A DNA stretch of 63,324 nt, filler included, from Limisphaerales bacterium (GTDB lineage Bacteria > Verrucomicrobiota > Verrucomicrobiia > Limisphaerales > SIBE01): assembly GCA_044225505.1 (NCBI GenBank). It is 7 parts of 7 records of this genome, joined end to end, with 100 filler letters (N's around TTAATTAATTAA, not from the genome) between each part and the next. Parts side by side here need not be neighbours in the genome. Positions count along the whole stretch, not along the records: positions 36,806 to 45,681 come from JBGAIN010000251.1; positions 45,782 to 54,025 come from JBGAIN010000252.1; 5 more parts are not named here. The stretch is one strand, 5' to 3'. Below the pieces are notes generated by a model. That model made no database searches. It was not told the DNA's origin and saw nothing but the letters and a program-made list of their open reading frames with translations. Below, one piece after another: positions 38,766 to 49,368 of this stretch (position 1 is the first letter of the stretch; every line of letters begins with the position of its first letter). The translations under genes and the position numbers were made by a program.

Positions 38766-40922
38766 ATGCTCTCCTGGATGGCTCGTGTTGGATTACTTTG
38801 CGCGGCGTTAAGCAGCGGGCCGGGCAAATCGTGGGCAGATCCACCGCCCAACTCCCGAGATTGGCCCATCTACGGCGGCGACGCGGGTGGGACAAAATAC
38901 TCGCCGCTGGGGCAGATTCGTCGAGAAAACGTCCATGGGCTCGTGCCGGCTTGGACCTATCGCTGCGACGACATGCAGACACGGCCAGCCAGCACCATCG
39001 AGTGCAACCCAATCGTGATCGATGAGGTGCTTTACCTGACCAGTCCCGGACTCAAAGTGCTCGCTTTGGACGCGTTAACCGGCGCGCATCGCTGGACATT
39101 CGACCCGTGGAACGGCCGAGGGGGCCGGGGCGTCAACCGCGGCGTCACCTACTGGGCGAGCGGTGCAGATCGACGCATTTTCTTCGTTGCGGGCAGTTAC
39201 CTGTGCGCGCTTAACGCGGCCGACGGTCAGCTCATTCCATCGTTTGGGAATGCGGGCAAAGTTGATCTTCGCGATGGGTTGGACCGGGATGTCTATTTCC
39301 TCTCCGTTACGGCCACGTCTCCCGGGATCGTCTATAAAGACTTGCTCATTCTCGGTTCAGTCGTTGGCGAGGGCCCACAACCAGCGGCGCCCGGGCACAT
39401 CCGGGCGTTCGATACCCGCACCGGTGCCAGACGGTGGATCTTCCACACCATCCCGCACCCTGGGGAACCTGGGTATGAAACCTGGCCGACCAACTCCTGG
39501 AGGACCGTGGGAGGGGCCAATTGCTGGGGTGGGATGACATTAGACATGGAACGGGGGATGGTGTTCGCGGGAACGGGCTCCCCGTCTTACGATCATTGGG
39601 GTGGGAGCCGTCCCGGCCAGAACCTGTATGGGAATTGCGTTCTAGCGCTGGACGCCGCGACCGGTCGCCGGGTCTGGCACTACCAGGTCGTGCATCACGA
39701 CTTGTGGGACTACGACATCCCCTGCCCTCCCAATCTGGTCACCGTGGAGCAGAACGGTCGGCGGATCGATGCGGTCGCACAAGTGACCAAGCTGGGACAT
39801 CTCTTCGTCCTCGATCGCGAAACGGGGCGTCCGTTATTCCCGGTGGAAGAGCGCCCGGTGCCGCCGTCGGAGTTGCCCGGAGAACAGAGCTGGCCGACCC
39901 AACCTTTCCCGCTCAAGCCGCCCGCGTTTGCCCAGCAACGGTTCACTGAAGACGAGGTCACGGACCTCAACCCCGCGGCGCGCGCCGATGTTTTGAAACG
40001 GCTAAAAGACATGCGCACGGGCAGCCTTTTCCTCCCGACAGGTTTGCGGCCGTCCGTGGTCTTGCCGCAGTTTAATGGCGGCGGCGAGTGGGGAGGCGGC
40101 GCATTTGACCCGGAGACGCGGCTTTTCTACGTCAACGGGAGCAATGAAGCAGAATGGATTTCGATGCGACCGTCCCAACCCGATACGGAAATGACCGCCG
40201 CAGAGTTTGGCAAAATGATTTACGGCACGGTCTGCTCGGCTTGCCACGGTTTTGAGAAATCGAACAATCCCGCGGCGCCCTCCTTTACCACCTTGAAAAG
40301 TGTCCGTGATCGACTCAACCGGCAGCAAGTGCTTGATCTGCTGGAAACCGGCCGCAATCAGATGCCGAGCTTTGCCAGTTTTACGCCGATGGAGAAACAG
40401 TCCGTGGTGGCCTTTTTGTTTGAAGAGACCGGCGGGCCGCGCATCTCCTTGAGAGACGTCAAGCTGAGTTGGAGCGAACAGGTTCCGTTTGTCGCGACGG
40501 GACATCACGAGTTCCGAGATCCGAACGGGTATCCGGTCAACCGCCGTCCTTGGGGAACGCTGACAGCGCTCAATCTGGATCGCGGCGAGATAGCCTGGCA
40601 GGTGCCGCTTGGCACTTATCCCGCCCTGGAAGCCCAGGGCATTCCAGCCACTGGCACGTTCAACATTGGTGGGCCGTTGGTCACCGCGGGTGGACTGGTC
40701 TTCATTGGCGCGGCGATGGACGAACGCTTCCACGCTTTCGACAAAACGACCGGCAAACTGCTGTGGCAGTATCAATTAGATGCCGGTGGGTATGCGACGC
40801 CGGCCACCTACCAGGTCCGAGGACGCCAGTTTGTGATCATTGCCGCAGGCGGCGGCGGCAAACCCGAAACTAAACCGGGCAACGGCTACTATTGCTTCGC
40901 GCTCCCTCAAAACACCCCATGA
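38766..40922 (+). CDS. PQQ-dependent glucose/quinate-type dehydrogenase with internal cytochrome c
   Basis: WPIYGGD...KYSPL, NRGVTYW, HHDLWDYD, CSACH heme motif and ATPATY. Confidence 0.92.
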   Translation: MLSWMARVGLLCAALSSGPGKSWADPPPNSRDWPIYGGDAGGTKYSPLGQIRRENVHGLVPAWTYRCDDMQTRPASTIECNPIVIDEVLYLTSPGLKVLALDALTGAHRWTFDPWNGRGGRGVNRGVTYWASGADRRIFFVAGSYLCALNAADGQLIPSFGNAGKVDLRDGLDRDVYFLSVTATSPGIVYKDLLILGSVVGEGPQPAAPGHIRAFDTRTGARRWIFHTIPHPGEPGYETWPTNSWRTVGGANCWGGMTLDMERGMVFAGTGSPSYDHWGGSRPGQNLYGNCVLALDAATGRRVWHYQVVHHDLWDYDIPCPPNLVTVEQNGRRIDAVAQVTKLGHLFVLDRETGRPLFPVEERPVPPSELPGEQSWPTQPFPLKPPAFAQQRFTEDEVTDLNPAARADVLKRLKDMRTGSLFLPTGLRPSVVLPQFNGGGEWGGGAFDPETRLFYVNGSNEAEWISMRPSQPDTEMTAAEFGKMIYGTVCSACHGFEKSNNPAAPSFTTLKSVRDRLNRQQVLDLLETGRNQMPSFASFTPMEKQSVVAFLFEETGGPRISLRDVKLSWSEQVPFVATGHHEFRDPNGYPVNRRPWGTLTALNLDRGEIAWQVPLGTYPALEAQGIPATGTFNIGGPLVTAGGLVFIGAAMDERFHAFDKTTGKLLWQYQLDAGGYATPATYQVRGRQFVIIAAGGGGKPETKPGNGYYCFALPQNTP

Positions 40923-42310
40923 ATGACCCTCTGAAACCCTGCCGGCCTCCGGCGGCAATCCCGCTCTGTTGGCTCGCCCTTTTTTGGATTGGCTTTTTCC
41001 CGGCCACGGGATGGGCCAGTGGCGAACTGAAAGTGGGCGCGGGCCGGGCGGTGATTACCCCTGACCAAAACCTCTGGTTGGCGGGTTATGCCGCGCGCAC
41101 GGCACCGTCGGACGGCAAGATTCAAGATCTATTCGCCAAGGCGTTAGCGTTTGAAGACGAGACGGGAGCCAAATCCGTGTTGATCTCCACCGATCTGATC
41201 GGATTGTCGCGCGAGTTCGTCCAAGGTCTCGCCATTCAAGTCCAGCAGCAGTTCGGGATTCCGCGGGAACGCCTCGCCGTAACCTTTTCCCATACGCACT
41301 GCGGGCCGGTGCTGGCGGGCGATCGATTAGTCGATATGTACGGCTTGGACGCGGAGTATACGAAGCGGTCTGAGGAATACACCGCGCAACTGCCCAATCG
41401 ACTGCTCGAGGCGATTCGCATGGCGCTGGCCAATCTGGAGCCGAGCCGTGTGGAATGGGGTCTCGGACGTGCGGGTTTCGCAATGAACCGGCGGCAATAC
41501 ACCACCAACGGAGTGGTGGGCGGTCCGAACCCGATTGGCCCGGTGGACCAGGATGTGCCCGTGTTGAAAATCAGCCGCCCGGACGGCTCGGTGAAAGCCT
41601 TGGTGCACGGTTATGCGTGCCACAATACAACGTTGAGTGTGCAGAAGTTCTGCGGCGATTACGCGGGATTCTCTCAAGCTTACCTGGAAGAACGACTCCC
41701 AGGCGCAACGGTGCTCTTTGTGGCGGGGTGCGGGGCCGATGCCAACCCCGAACCCAGGCGCAAACTGGAACTCGCCCAGCAGTATGGCGAAGAACTGGGC
41801 GTGGCTGTGCTCAGCACGACGCGGCACAAACTGGCCGAGGTGCATGGACCGATTCGGGCGTGTTTCGAAGAAATTGCGCTGCCGTTCAGCACACCCCCCA
41901 CGCGCGCCACCATCGAGAAGAATTTGAGTTCCAGCAACATCTATGAGCAACGGCGCGCCCGTCGCCTGCTCCAGACCCTTGACAGCGGCGGTTCATTGCC
42001 CGCGACTTATCCCTATGCCGTCCAATTCTGGAGGTTCGGAGATTCTCTGGCCATGCCGATCCTGTCCGGGGAAGTCGTCTCCGATTACTCGCTTCGGCTG
42101 AAATATGAACTCGGGCGCGAGCGGACCTGGGTGGTGGCATATGCGAATGACTTTGTCGCTTATATTCCATCCTTGCGCGTGTTGCGCGAGGGAGGATACG
42201 AGGGGGGCGATTCGATGGTTTATTTTGGACATCACGGGCCATGGGCGCCTCCGTTGGAAGAGCTGATTGTCGGAGCGGTCCACCGGCTGGCGCAGAAGAC
42301 CCGCCCGTGA
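40919..42310 (+). CDS. Neutral/alkaline ceramidase-like hydrolase
   Basis: LAGY, SHTHCGP, YACHNT and GGYE. Confidence 0.85.
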   Translation: MNDPLKPCRPPAAIPLCWLALFWIGFFPATGWASGELKVGAGRAVITPDQNLWLAGYAARTAPSDGKIQDLFAKALAFEDETGAKSVLISTDLIGLSREFVQGLAIQVQQQFGIPRERLAVTFSHTHCGPVLAGDRLVDMYGLDAEYTKRSEEYTAQLPNRLLEAIRMALANLEPSRVEWGLGRAGFAMNRRQYTTNGVVGGPNPIGPVDQDVPVLKISRPDGSVKALVHGYACHNTTLSVQKFCGDYAGFSQAYLEERLPGATVLFVAGCGADANPEPRRKLELAQQYGEELGVAVLSTTRHKLAEVHGPIRACFEEIALPFSTPPTRATIEKNLSSSNIYEQRRARRLLQTLDSGGSLPATYPYAVQFWRFGDSLAMPILSGEVVSDYSLRLKYELGRERTWVVAYANDFVAYIPSLRVLREGGYEGGDSMVYFGHHGPWAPPLEELIVGAVHRLAQKTRP

Positions 42311-42469
42311 TTCGGTCGACGAGAGCAAATTGCTCTCATCCCGAAGAACCGGTTTGCCCGGAGCGTCAGGTCCCCGTCTTGGCGCTGACGCGGGCGAATC
42401 CTGCGGGGGATTTCAGACGGGTCTGTCCAAGCTTGAATTTGGAGCGATTCTCGACACTCTCTAAACACT

Positions 42470-43639
42470 ATGCCCCCACTTCAGCGACTGAGTCGATCGA
42501 TCACCCCTTGGCTTTTCACGGGTCTGCTCCTGACGAGCGCGTCGGCGGCGGAAGCGCCTTCGGGATCAGCGGTGGTTTCCGCGCTGCAGCCCTTCATCGA
42601 TCACGGGGCGCTGGCCGGCGCCGTGACCTTGGTCGCCACAAAAGATCGTCTGCTGGACGTCCAGACCGTGGGGTTCGCAGATACCGCCGCTAAACAGCCC
42701 ATGCAGACGAACACACTGTTTTGGATCGCTTCCCAATCCAAACCGATGACCGCGGCCGCCTTCATGATGCTCGTGGACGAGGGCAAAGTCGCCCTGGACG
42801 ATGCGGTAGAAAAGTATCTGCCCGAGTTCAAAGGGCAAATGGTGATGGTGGAACGGGACTCCGATCATGTGTTGTTACGCAAACCGTCGCATCCCATAAC
42901 CGTGCGCGAGGTCCTAAGCCACACGAGCGGACTCCCCTTCTCCTCCGCGATGGAACAGCCGACCCTGGACGGATTGCCGTTGAAGGATGCCGTCCGGAGC
43001 TACGCCATGACGCCGCTGCAATTCCAACCTGGGACGCAATACCAGTATAGCAACGCGGGAATCAATACGGCGGCGCGGATTCTCGAAGTTGTCAGCGGAA
43101 AGAGTTACGAGCAGTTCATGGACGAACGGTTGTTTAAGCCGCTCGGCATGACGGAGACCACCTTTTGGCCCATGCCCGATCAAGCACGACGAATTGCGAA
43201 ATCGTACAAACCGAACGCTGATAAAACTGCACTGGAAGAGACGCCCATCACGCAACTGCAGTATCCATTATCCTCGCGCGGACACCGGTTTCCGATGCCG
43301 GCAGGCGGGCTCTTCTCGACCGCAACGGACACCGCCAGGTTTTGTCAGATGATCCTCAATCGGGGCACCTGCTCGTCCGGACGTATTCTCACGGAACGTG
43401 CGGTGGAGGAACTAACCCGCAAACAGACCGGACCGAATGTGACGAACACCTACGGTCTCGGCTTTGCCCTGGGGGAAGGTTGGTGTGGTCACGGCGGCGC
43501 GCAGGCGACGAATATGACTATCGATCAGAACCGAGGCCTCGTGTTCATTTGGATGGTGCAACACGCGGGGTTCATCGGGACGGGCGACAAGAGCCAGGAA
43601 GCATTCAAGCAGGCGGCGTTGCAAGCGTTCGCCAAATAA
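42470..43639 (+). CDS. Beta-lactamase-family serine hydrolase
   Basis: IASQSK (SxxK), YSN, LSHTSG and GHGG. Confidence 0.92.
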   Translation: MPPLQRLSRSITPWLFTGLLLTSASAAEAPSGSAVVSALQPFIDHGALAGAVTLVATKDRLLDVQTVGFADTAAKQPMQTNTLFWIASQSKPMTAAAFMMLVDEGKVALDDAVEKYLPEFKGQMVMVERDSDHVLLRKPSHPITVREVLSHTSGLPFSSAMEQPTLDGLPLKDAVRSYAMTPLQFQPGTQYQYSNAGINTAARILEVVSGKSYEQFMDERLFKPLGMTETTFWPMPDQARRIAKSYKPNADKTALEETPITQLQYPLSSRGHRFPMPAGGLFSTATDTARFCQMILNRGTCSSGRILTERAVEELTRKQTGPNVTNTYGLGFALGEGWCGHGGAQATNMTIDQNRGLVFIWMVQHAGFIGTGDKSQEAFKQAALQAFAK

Positions 43640-43703
43640 CGCGGTGGGCTGGCGCCGAAATGCGCCCGCCCGACAATCGATTTGCAAGGAGAACGGAGGC
43701 GGA

Positions 43704-44645
43704 TTAACGAGCTGGAGTCAGCAAGACCTTGCGGAATTCGACCTGCCCATGGTCACCTTGAATCATTAATGGACCTGGCTCCCCTTCCCGGCTGTCGAGC
43801 GCGCCTCCCGTGATGCCTGGAATCTCCGCGCGATCGATGATGTTTTCACCATTCAACACCACCGTGACGCGTCGGCCGACCAAGGTGATGTCATAAGATT
43901 GCCATTCACCGGCAGACTTGGCGCTGTTGACTCGTGGCACGAGGAATCCGTAGACCGATCCCATCATGTGCTCTTCCGCATCGAGGCCGGAAGAATCTTC
44001 AATTTGCACTTCGTACCGTCCGCGCAGATAGAGGCCGCTATTGCTCCCCTTGGGAATGCGAAATTCAACGTGCAGTTTGAAGTCGGTAAACTTTTGGACT
44101 GTCATCAGGTCGTTGCCCGGCTCCGCATTGATGAGGATCTTGTCGCGAACAACCCAGCCATTCTTGGCGGAAGGATTTCGGGGTTGGAAATGGCCCAGAT
44201 CTTTACCGTCGAACAGCGGGATCTGTTTCCCCCAACGAACCGCGGCGAGATCCCGTTTGAGGCTCGGAGCTCGTGACCCTTCAACGGTGGCATTCCCATA
44301 GAAAGGCCCCACCAGTTTGCCGGAGAGATGATCGCCATCGAGCCGGCCGCTAAATTGAATCTCGGCTTTGCCTTCCTCCCACTGCGGTGGCAGGGAGAAC
44401 CGCACTTCCCCTTGGTTATAGAAGACCTGCGCCACCGGTCGCGCGCTGCCAAAGGCGCCCACGAAACGGCCAACAAGGGTCTCGTGACCGGAGCCTTTGA
44501 CCTCCAGCCAAGAAGGGGCGGAGCTCTCTTTCATTTGGACGGCGAGATCCCAACGGCCAACAATTGGCAGTTGCGGACCTTCCTGGGCATGGAGAAAGGT
44601 CGTCGTCGCGACTAAGGCCACCAGAACCGAGGGGGAATGCGTCAT
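43704..44645 (-). CDS. DUF1080 (3-keto-disaccharide hydrolase-like) protein
   Basis: LFDGKDL, NSGLYLRGRYEVQI, GEWQSYDI and QGDHG; likely start MTHSPS. Confidence 0.9.
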   Translation of the reverse strand: MTHSPSVLVALVATTTFLHAQEGPQLPIVGRWDLAVQMKESSAPSWLEVKGSGHETLVGRFVGAFGSARPVAQVFYNQGEVRFSLPPQWEEGKAEIQFSGRLDGDHLSGKLVGPFYGNATVEGSRAPSLKRDLAAVRWGKQIPLFDGKDLGHFQPRNPSAKNGWVVRDKILINAEPGNDLMTVQKFTDFKLHVEFRIPKGSNSGLYLRGRYEVQIEDSSGLDAEEHMMGSVYGFLVPRVNSAKSAGEWQSYDITLVGRRVTVVLNGENIIDRAEIPGITGGALDSREGEPGPLMIQGDHGQVEFRKVLLTPAR

Positions 44646-44922
44646 AGCGGTTAACAAATGATTTTGAGGAAAGCTGCGGAGAGGCTGGAGCAGTGTCCAG
44701 CCGAAAAGAGAGGGAAATTGCGGCCGCTTTGCACTTGACGAAAAAGGGGCGGAGACCTGCAATGAACCGGTGACCCGCAAGCAACGATCGGGCGAATTAC
44801 AAGCTTGGCGCGATTTCATAATAGTGGCGCAATAAGGTCTCCGGCACACTACATTCACTCTGCGCGGAAAAGAGCGAGAGGTGGATCGCGCAACACGAAT
44901 CCGCAACCGGAACAACCTTGTG

Positions 44923-45660
44923 ATGAGAGCAACTCGAATCAATGGGCTGGCCAGCTTGGCTATCCTAGCATGGCTCACTTTGACCCCTGGCTTATGGGCC
45001 CAGACTCCCCCGGAAAAGGAGGGGATTGCGATCGCGTTGGTCTTTGACACTTCCGGCAGCATGCTCCAGTCGGTCCCGGCCGCCGACGGGCGATCTACAC
45101 CGAAGCATGTGATCGCCACCCGAGCGTTGCGCGCTGTCGTGCAACGCTTGCAAGCGGTCCAGGCAACTCCGGAATCGTCGCGAGTGCCGATTCACGCCGG
45201 TCTGGTCGTCTTTCAAGGCGGCACCGCCGAAATGGCTATTCCGTTGGGGCCGTTCCGGCCCCAAACATTTCAGAAGTGGCTCGATCAAAAGACGGCGTTT
45301 CATGCTGGGACGCCGCTGGGCCACGCGACTGAGCTAGCTGGGCGCATGGTTCTCGAATCGAAACTCCCGCGCAAACACATCTTGGTCATCACCGATGGGA
45401 TCAACACGAAAGGGCCAGACCCGACAGCGATCCTGCCGAAATTGCAGCGTCGCGCCGAGCAGGAAGGTGGAATGGTGGCATTTCACTTCGTAGCCTTTGA
45501 TGTGAATGCGAATGTGTTTGCGGGGGTGAAGAAGTTAGGGGCCACGGTGGTTGGTGCTGCGGACGAAAAACAGTTAAACTCGCAACTGGAGTTTGTTCTT
45601 GCTAAAAAGATCCTGCTAGAGGACGAAGAACCGCTGACGACCAAGCCAAAAACAAACTAA
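44923..45660 (+). CDS. Secreted vWA-domain protein
   Basis: MIDAS motif DTSGS...TPL...ITDG. Confidence 0.88.
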   Translation: MRATRINGLASLAILAWLTLTPGLWAQTPPEKEGIAIALVFDTSGSMLQSVPAADGRSTPKHVIATRALRAVVQRLQAVQATPESSRVPIHAGLVVFQGGTAEMAIPLGPFRPQTFQKWLDQKTAFHAGTPLGHATELAGRMVLESKLPRKHILVITDGINTKGPDPTAILPKLQRRAEQEGGMVAFHFVAFDVNANVFAGVKKLGATVVGAADEKQLNSQLEFVLAKKILLEDEEPLTTKPKTN

Positions 45661-45781
45661 AACCGGAGATCGAAATTATGTNNNNNNNNNNNNNNNNNNN
45701 NNNNNNNNNNNNNNNNNNNNNNNNNTTAATTAATTAANNNNNNNNNNNNNNNNNNNNNNNNNNNNNNNNNNNNNNNNNNNN

Positions 45782-46067
45782 TACGGATATCGATCTGAGC
45801 GCTTACCATGGCCAGCCTGGCCAGGAGCTCCGGATCTGCGCCATGGACGACTGCGGGATCCTGGCGGTGACGGTGACGCTTTCCCGTCTAGACGGCGGGC
45901 TGCTCGAGCACGGGGCCGCCACCCTGAGCAGCGAGCCATCGCTGTGGACCTATCGTGCGCAAAAGGAACTGGCGCCTGGTCAAACGATCCAGGTGCATAT
46001 CAGCGCCACGGATCGGCCGGGCAACGTTGGCCACAAGACGGTCCACCACGCGCTGCTGCTCACGTGA
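45782..46067 (+). CDS. Ig-like-domain protein, paralogue of 46615-47181 (5'-truncated)
   Basis: DIDLSAYHGQPGQELRICAMDD...LEHGAA...ATDRPG aligns with EIDLSAYTGQVGQPIRIRASDD...LEQGAA...ATDRPG. Confidence 0.85.
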
Positions 46068-46614
46068 GCTGTTCCCAGCTTAAGCGGCTTCTCCCCAACT
46101 CGTTGAGGCGGCGCGATCGGTATTCTGCCGTTGCGGTCCCGAAACCCCCACTGTCATGGTCCGAGGCACGATCGGTCAAATCGCGCAGAGCAGGATTGGC
46201 GTGGCCCGAGCCGGTTGTAAGCCGCTTTGATACAGCCAGTTACTGGAGTGCGCGACGGCTCGGGAACGAGCCGGAGCCTGCCCGAAAATCCGGCGTTTAA
46301 GGGTGAAAAATCCAGGAACGAGACAGTTTCGTCCAGGTTTGAGGCGGCATCGGGCAGGAAATTGCCACAAATCACTGGTGGCCAATGACTCGGAAACGAA
46401 AGTGGAGCTCGCTTTCTATAAGTCGCCCTGCATTGGCATTTCCAATGCTTAAGCGTGAGTTACTTGGTGATAACCTAAAATCGCCTCGTGGCGTCCGCTC
46501 CCGGACGAGCCTCTCGAATGAGAGTCGCTTGAAAATTTCCCGGAGTGTTACCGGCGCCGCGAACGCGAGACTCACTTCAAAGGAGGTTGCCCCAAGCTCG
46601 AAAGCAGAAGCACT

Positions 46615-47181
46615 ATGGCTAAAGTCAAACTCAATCCCGTCCTGGAAGCCATTCACGGCCGAGTCGGTGACTTGGTCTTCAAGGAATACAACCATCACGA
46701 CATCGTCACGCGCTTGCCCGATCGCACGGGCATCGAACCGACCGCAAACCAGGTGGCTCAACAGGACAAGTTCCGCCTGGCCGTTCTCTATGGCAAAGCG
46801 GTCATGGCCGATCCCGAAGCGAAGGAGATCTACGACATGGCCGCGGCGGACAGAGGAATGTCGGCCTTCGCCTTGAGCGTCGGAGACTTCCTGGTTCCTC
46901 CCGCAATCGACGAGATCGATCTCTCCGCTTACACCGGTCAGGTGGGCCAACCCATTCGCATTCGCGCCAGCGACGACATGGAAGTGCGCGGCGTGACGAT
47001 CACCATTCGTTCTCAAGCGGGCGCGGTGCTGGAACAAGGTGCAGCGACCCAGACGGTTGGCACCGGCGTGTGGGCCTACACGACCACCACGGCGCTGGCA
47101 CAAGGCCAGAGCGTCTCCATTGAAGTGGGCGCAACGGATCGGCCGGGTCATAAGAGCACACGAACTCAGACCCGGAATTAG
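46615..47181 (+). CDS. Hypothetical protein: DUF6266-like N-terminus plus Ig-like C-terminus
   Basis: MAKVKLNPVLEAIHGRVGDLVFK...PTANQVAQQDKF; beta-rich C-terminal domain; no signal peptide. Confidence 0.8.
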   Translation: MAKVKLNPVLEAIHGRVGDLVFKEYNHHDIVTRLPDRTGIEPTANQVAQQDKFRLAVLYGKAVMADPEAKEIYDMAAADRGMSAFALSVGDFLVPPAIDEIDLSAYTGQVGQPIRIRASDDMEVRGVTITIRSQAGAVLEQGAATQTVGTGVWAYTTTTALAQGQSVSIEVGATDRPGHKSTRTQTRN

Positions 47182-47200
47182 GTCAGCGTTTTGTTGACCT

Positions 47201-47264
47201 GGGGTTGGAGAGCACGCGGGCAAAATTCCCCATCCTTGGCTGCCCCCTCCAACCCCTCTTTTCT
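47201..47264 (+). terminator. Possible terminator-like inverted repeat
   Basis: ggggttggag...ctccaacccc followed by tcttttct, downstream of 47181. Confidence 0.4.
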
Positions 47265-47383
47265 CATCCTGTCCACGGCAGCCATCTATCCTTGGATCTG
47301 ACAATCTTTCAATCGTCCCGCCTCCCGCCTAGCGGCCGTGGACGCACGCAACCCTCCCCCCCCATGAAACGCAAAAAGAGCCC

Positions 47384-47590
47384 ATGCCCACTCACGGCAC
47401 CCGGGTCAAGCGGACCGGTGCGCATTGGGAAGATCGAGCCCGGACGAAGAGTTTGGACGCTCCCACCACCGTCGTGGTCCGCACTGAGCGGCGATCCTGG
47501 ATCACGGTCGCGATCACGGGATTTGGCGCGCTGCTCTTGCGGTATTTGAAAACGGTGCGGGAACGCGGGCGCACGGTGCGCCCCAGGTAA
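47384..47590 (+). CDS. Small basic protein with one hydrophobic segment
   Basis: SWITVAITGFGALLLRYL; ends just before the GGAGG RBS of the next gene. Confidence 0.45.
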   Translation: MPTHGTRVKRTGAHWEDRARTKSLDAPTTVVVRTERRSWITVAITGFGALLLRYLKTVRERGRTVRPR

Positions 47591-47604
47591 ACGGAGGATG
47601 CCAG

Positions 47605-48497
47605 ATGAAAACTCGTTCCAAATCCAAACCGCAGACGCGGGAACGGCGTTGGGTGCTGTTCAGCAACGGTTGCTGGCATGGCATTCGGCATTCGGAAATG
47701 GTCATCACGCGCAGCACGCCGGAACGTTCGTTTGTGCGGAATAGTGTGGCAGTCTTCTCGACTTCGCGCACGGCGGGATTATTGGCGCTGCTCGCGGTGC
47801 TCGTCGTGTTGTTCTTGACCCTGGCTGGGTGTCAGACGGTGGAACCGTTGCGCGGTGGAAGCGCTACGACAGGGATCGGCCGCGGCGGACTCACCAATTC
47901 GGCATCCCTGCGCCAATCGGATAACCCCAAGGAACCGTCGCAGCAGACCGTTGAATCGCAACAGACGGTCGAATACGTTACCCGCGGGATCGGCGATTGA
48001 GCTTGGAGCGTCATCCGCCGAGCCAAGGCGTCGGGCCGGTGATGGTGTTGAGCGGCCAGGCGGAGTCAATGGTCGCACAGAACGTCAACAAATTGTTGTC
48101 ATCGACAAAGCCGTTCCAGTGCGCATGACCTCCAAAGATCGCACCGAGACACGCCTTGGCGCGGCCCAGAAAGATACCGGGAGCGACTGGGCACGCAAGG
48201 CGGGCCAGATGCAACCGGTGATGTGGGCGGGGATTGCCATGATGACGTTGGTGGCGGGCGTGTTGATTTACTTCGGTTGGTGGACCAAAGCAGCCCTGGC
48301 GATCGGGGTGGGGGCTGGGATGGTGGTGCTGGCGCAGACGCTTCCGGAGCATGGCACTGCCATCCTCCTGGGTGGGCTTGGAGTTTTCGGCGCGGCGGCG
48401 CTCCTGATCCTTGTATGCCTACACCAAAGGCCAGCTGGACAAGAACCACAACGGCATTCCGGATTTCTTGGAAGCGGATCGATCGGTGCCGTATTGA
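47605..48497 (+). pseudogene. Frameshifted lipoprotein/membrane protein with C-terminal DxNxNGxPD motif
   Basis: Lipobox LAGC; shifts near 47977 (TVEYV/LPAGS) and 48410 (LLI/LYAYTKGQLDKNHNGIPDFLE). May be sequencing indels. Confidence 0.65.
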
Positions 48498-48581
48498 AAC
48501 GATGCAGGCGCCGCGACGTGTCCGCAATTTGCGGAATCGTCGGAACCAGGTCTCCTGCCGTTCGGAGCCTGTTTTGCCATG

Positions 48582-48656
48582 GTAGCGGCCGAGGTGAGGA
48601 GGCGGAAAGGAAGGCCCTAATTCGTAGGAAATCCGCCTCATGACTTCGTCGGCTAC
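48582..48656. repeat. REP doublet (imperfect 25-bp inverted arms)
   Basis: gtagcggccgaggtgaggaggcgga ... tccgcctcatgacttcgtcggctac. Confidence 0.75.
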
Positions 48657-48900
48657 GGGACGCCGAGCTCCAACACGTAACGGACCATCGCCGATCGGTG
48701 CCACCCTTGGTTCTTTCCATTTAGTCCTGCGGACGTAGCCGCACCCATCGAATTTAGAAAAGATTGCGGATACGGCCGGTTTCTGGAATAGAGCTTTTGC
48801 AGGGAGCAGGGTTAAGTTTGAGCGGGCATCCTCCTCCCGCTTGGACGAGATATCGCGTCCGGTTTCTCGGGCATGGCGCCGCCGTTGTTTTGACATCACG

Positions 48901-49266
48901 ATGAACGCTCAGAAGCCGACCCAACCTGAGGCTCTGCAGGATCATCCAGATCCTCTGGCATGCTCTGATCCTACGGCTCCCTCCTACGCCACTTCAGCTC
49001 CGGCGCCCGTGCGTTGCGAGTTCTTTCAATGTCCGAGCTGCGTCGCCGGCATCTGCGTCTCGCCGTCCGTGCTCTGCATCGCGCCGAGTGGTCATTGCGT
49101 CCGAGCCTTAGCCGAGCGGAAACGGGCGCGTCGTCGCTGGGCGACGTGTCGCGCGTGCGGGTTGCGGATTGTCAAACCTCCCGGCGCACCCTGGCAACAT
49201 TGGGGCATTGATCTCCCCCACCCTCCCAAACCGGATTGGGGCGCTGCAGCGTCGGAAAGCTCGTGA
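48901..49266 (+). CDS. Cys/His-rich small protein, possible zinc binder
   Basis: CEFFQCPSCVAGIC...C...C cluster plus CRACGLRI...WQH...HP. Confidence 0.5.
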   Translation: MNAQKPTQPEALQDHPDPLACSDPTAPSYATSAPAPVRCEFFQCPSCVAGICVSPSVLCIAPSGHCVRALAERKRARRRWATCRACGLRIVKPPGAPWQHWGIDLPHPPKPDWGAAASESS

Positions 49267-49368
49267 TGCTGACGTTAGCCTCATTTTCAACGATTGCCCG
49301 CCCCGAATCGATCAGTTCCCACTTCCCACACCGGCCTGGACCGACGGCTCGGGGGCAAGAGCTCCGAC

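Noticed and set aside
47960..48420. Programmed frameshifting in the lipoprotein gene
   Set aside because: No slippery heptamer at either site; similar indels elsewhere point to sequencing error or decay.
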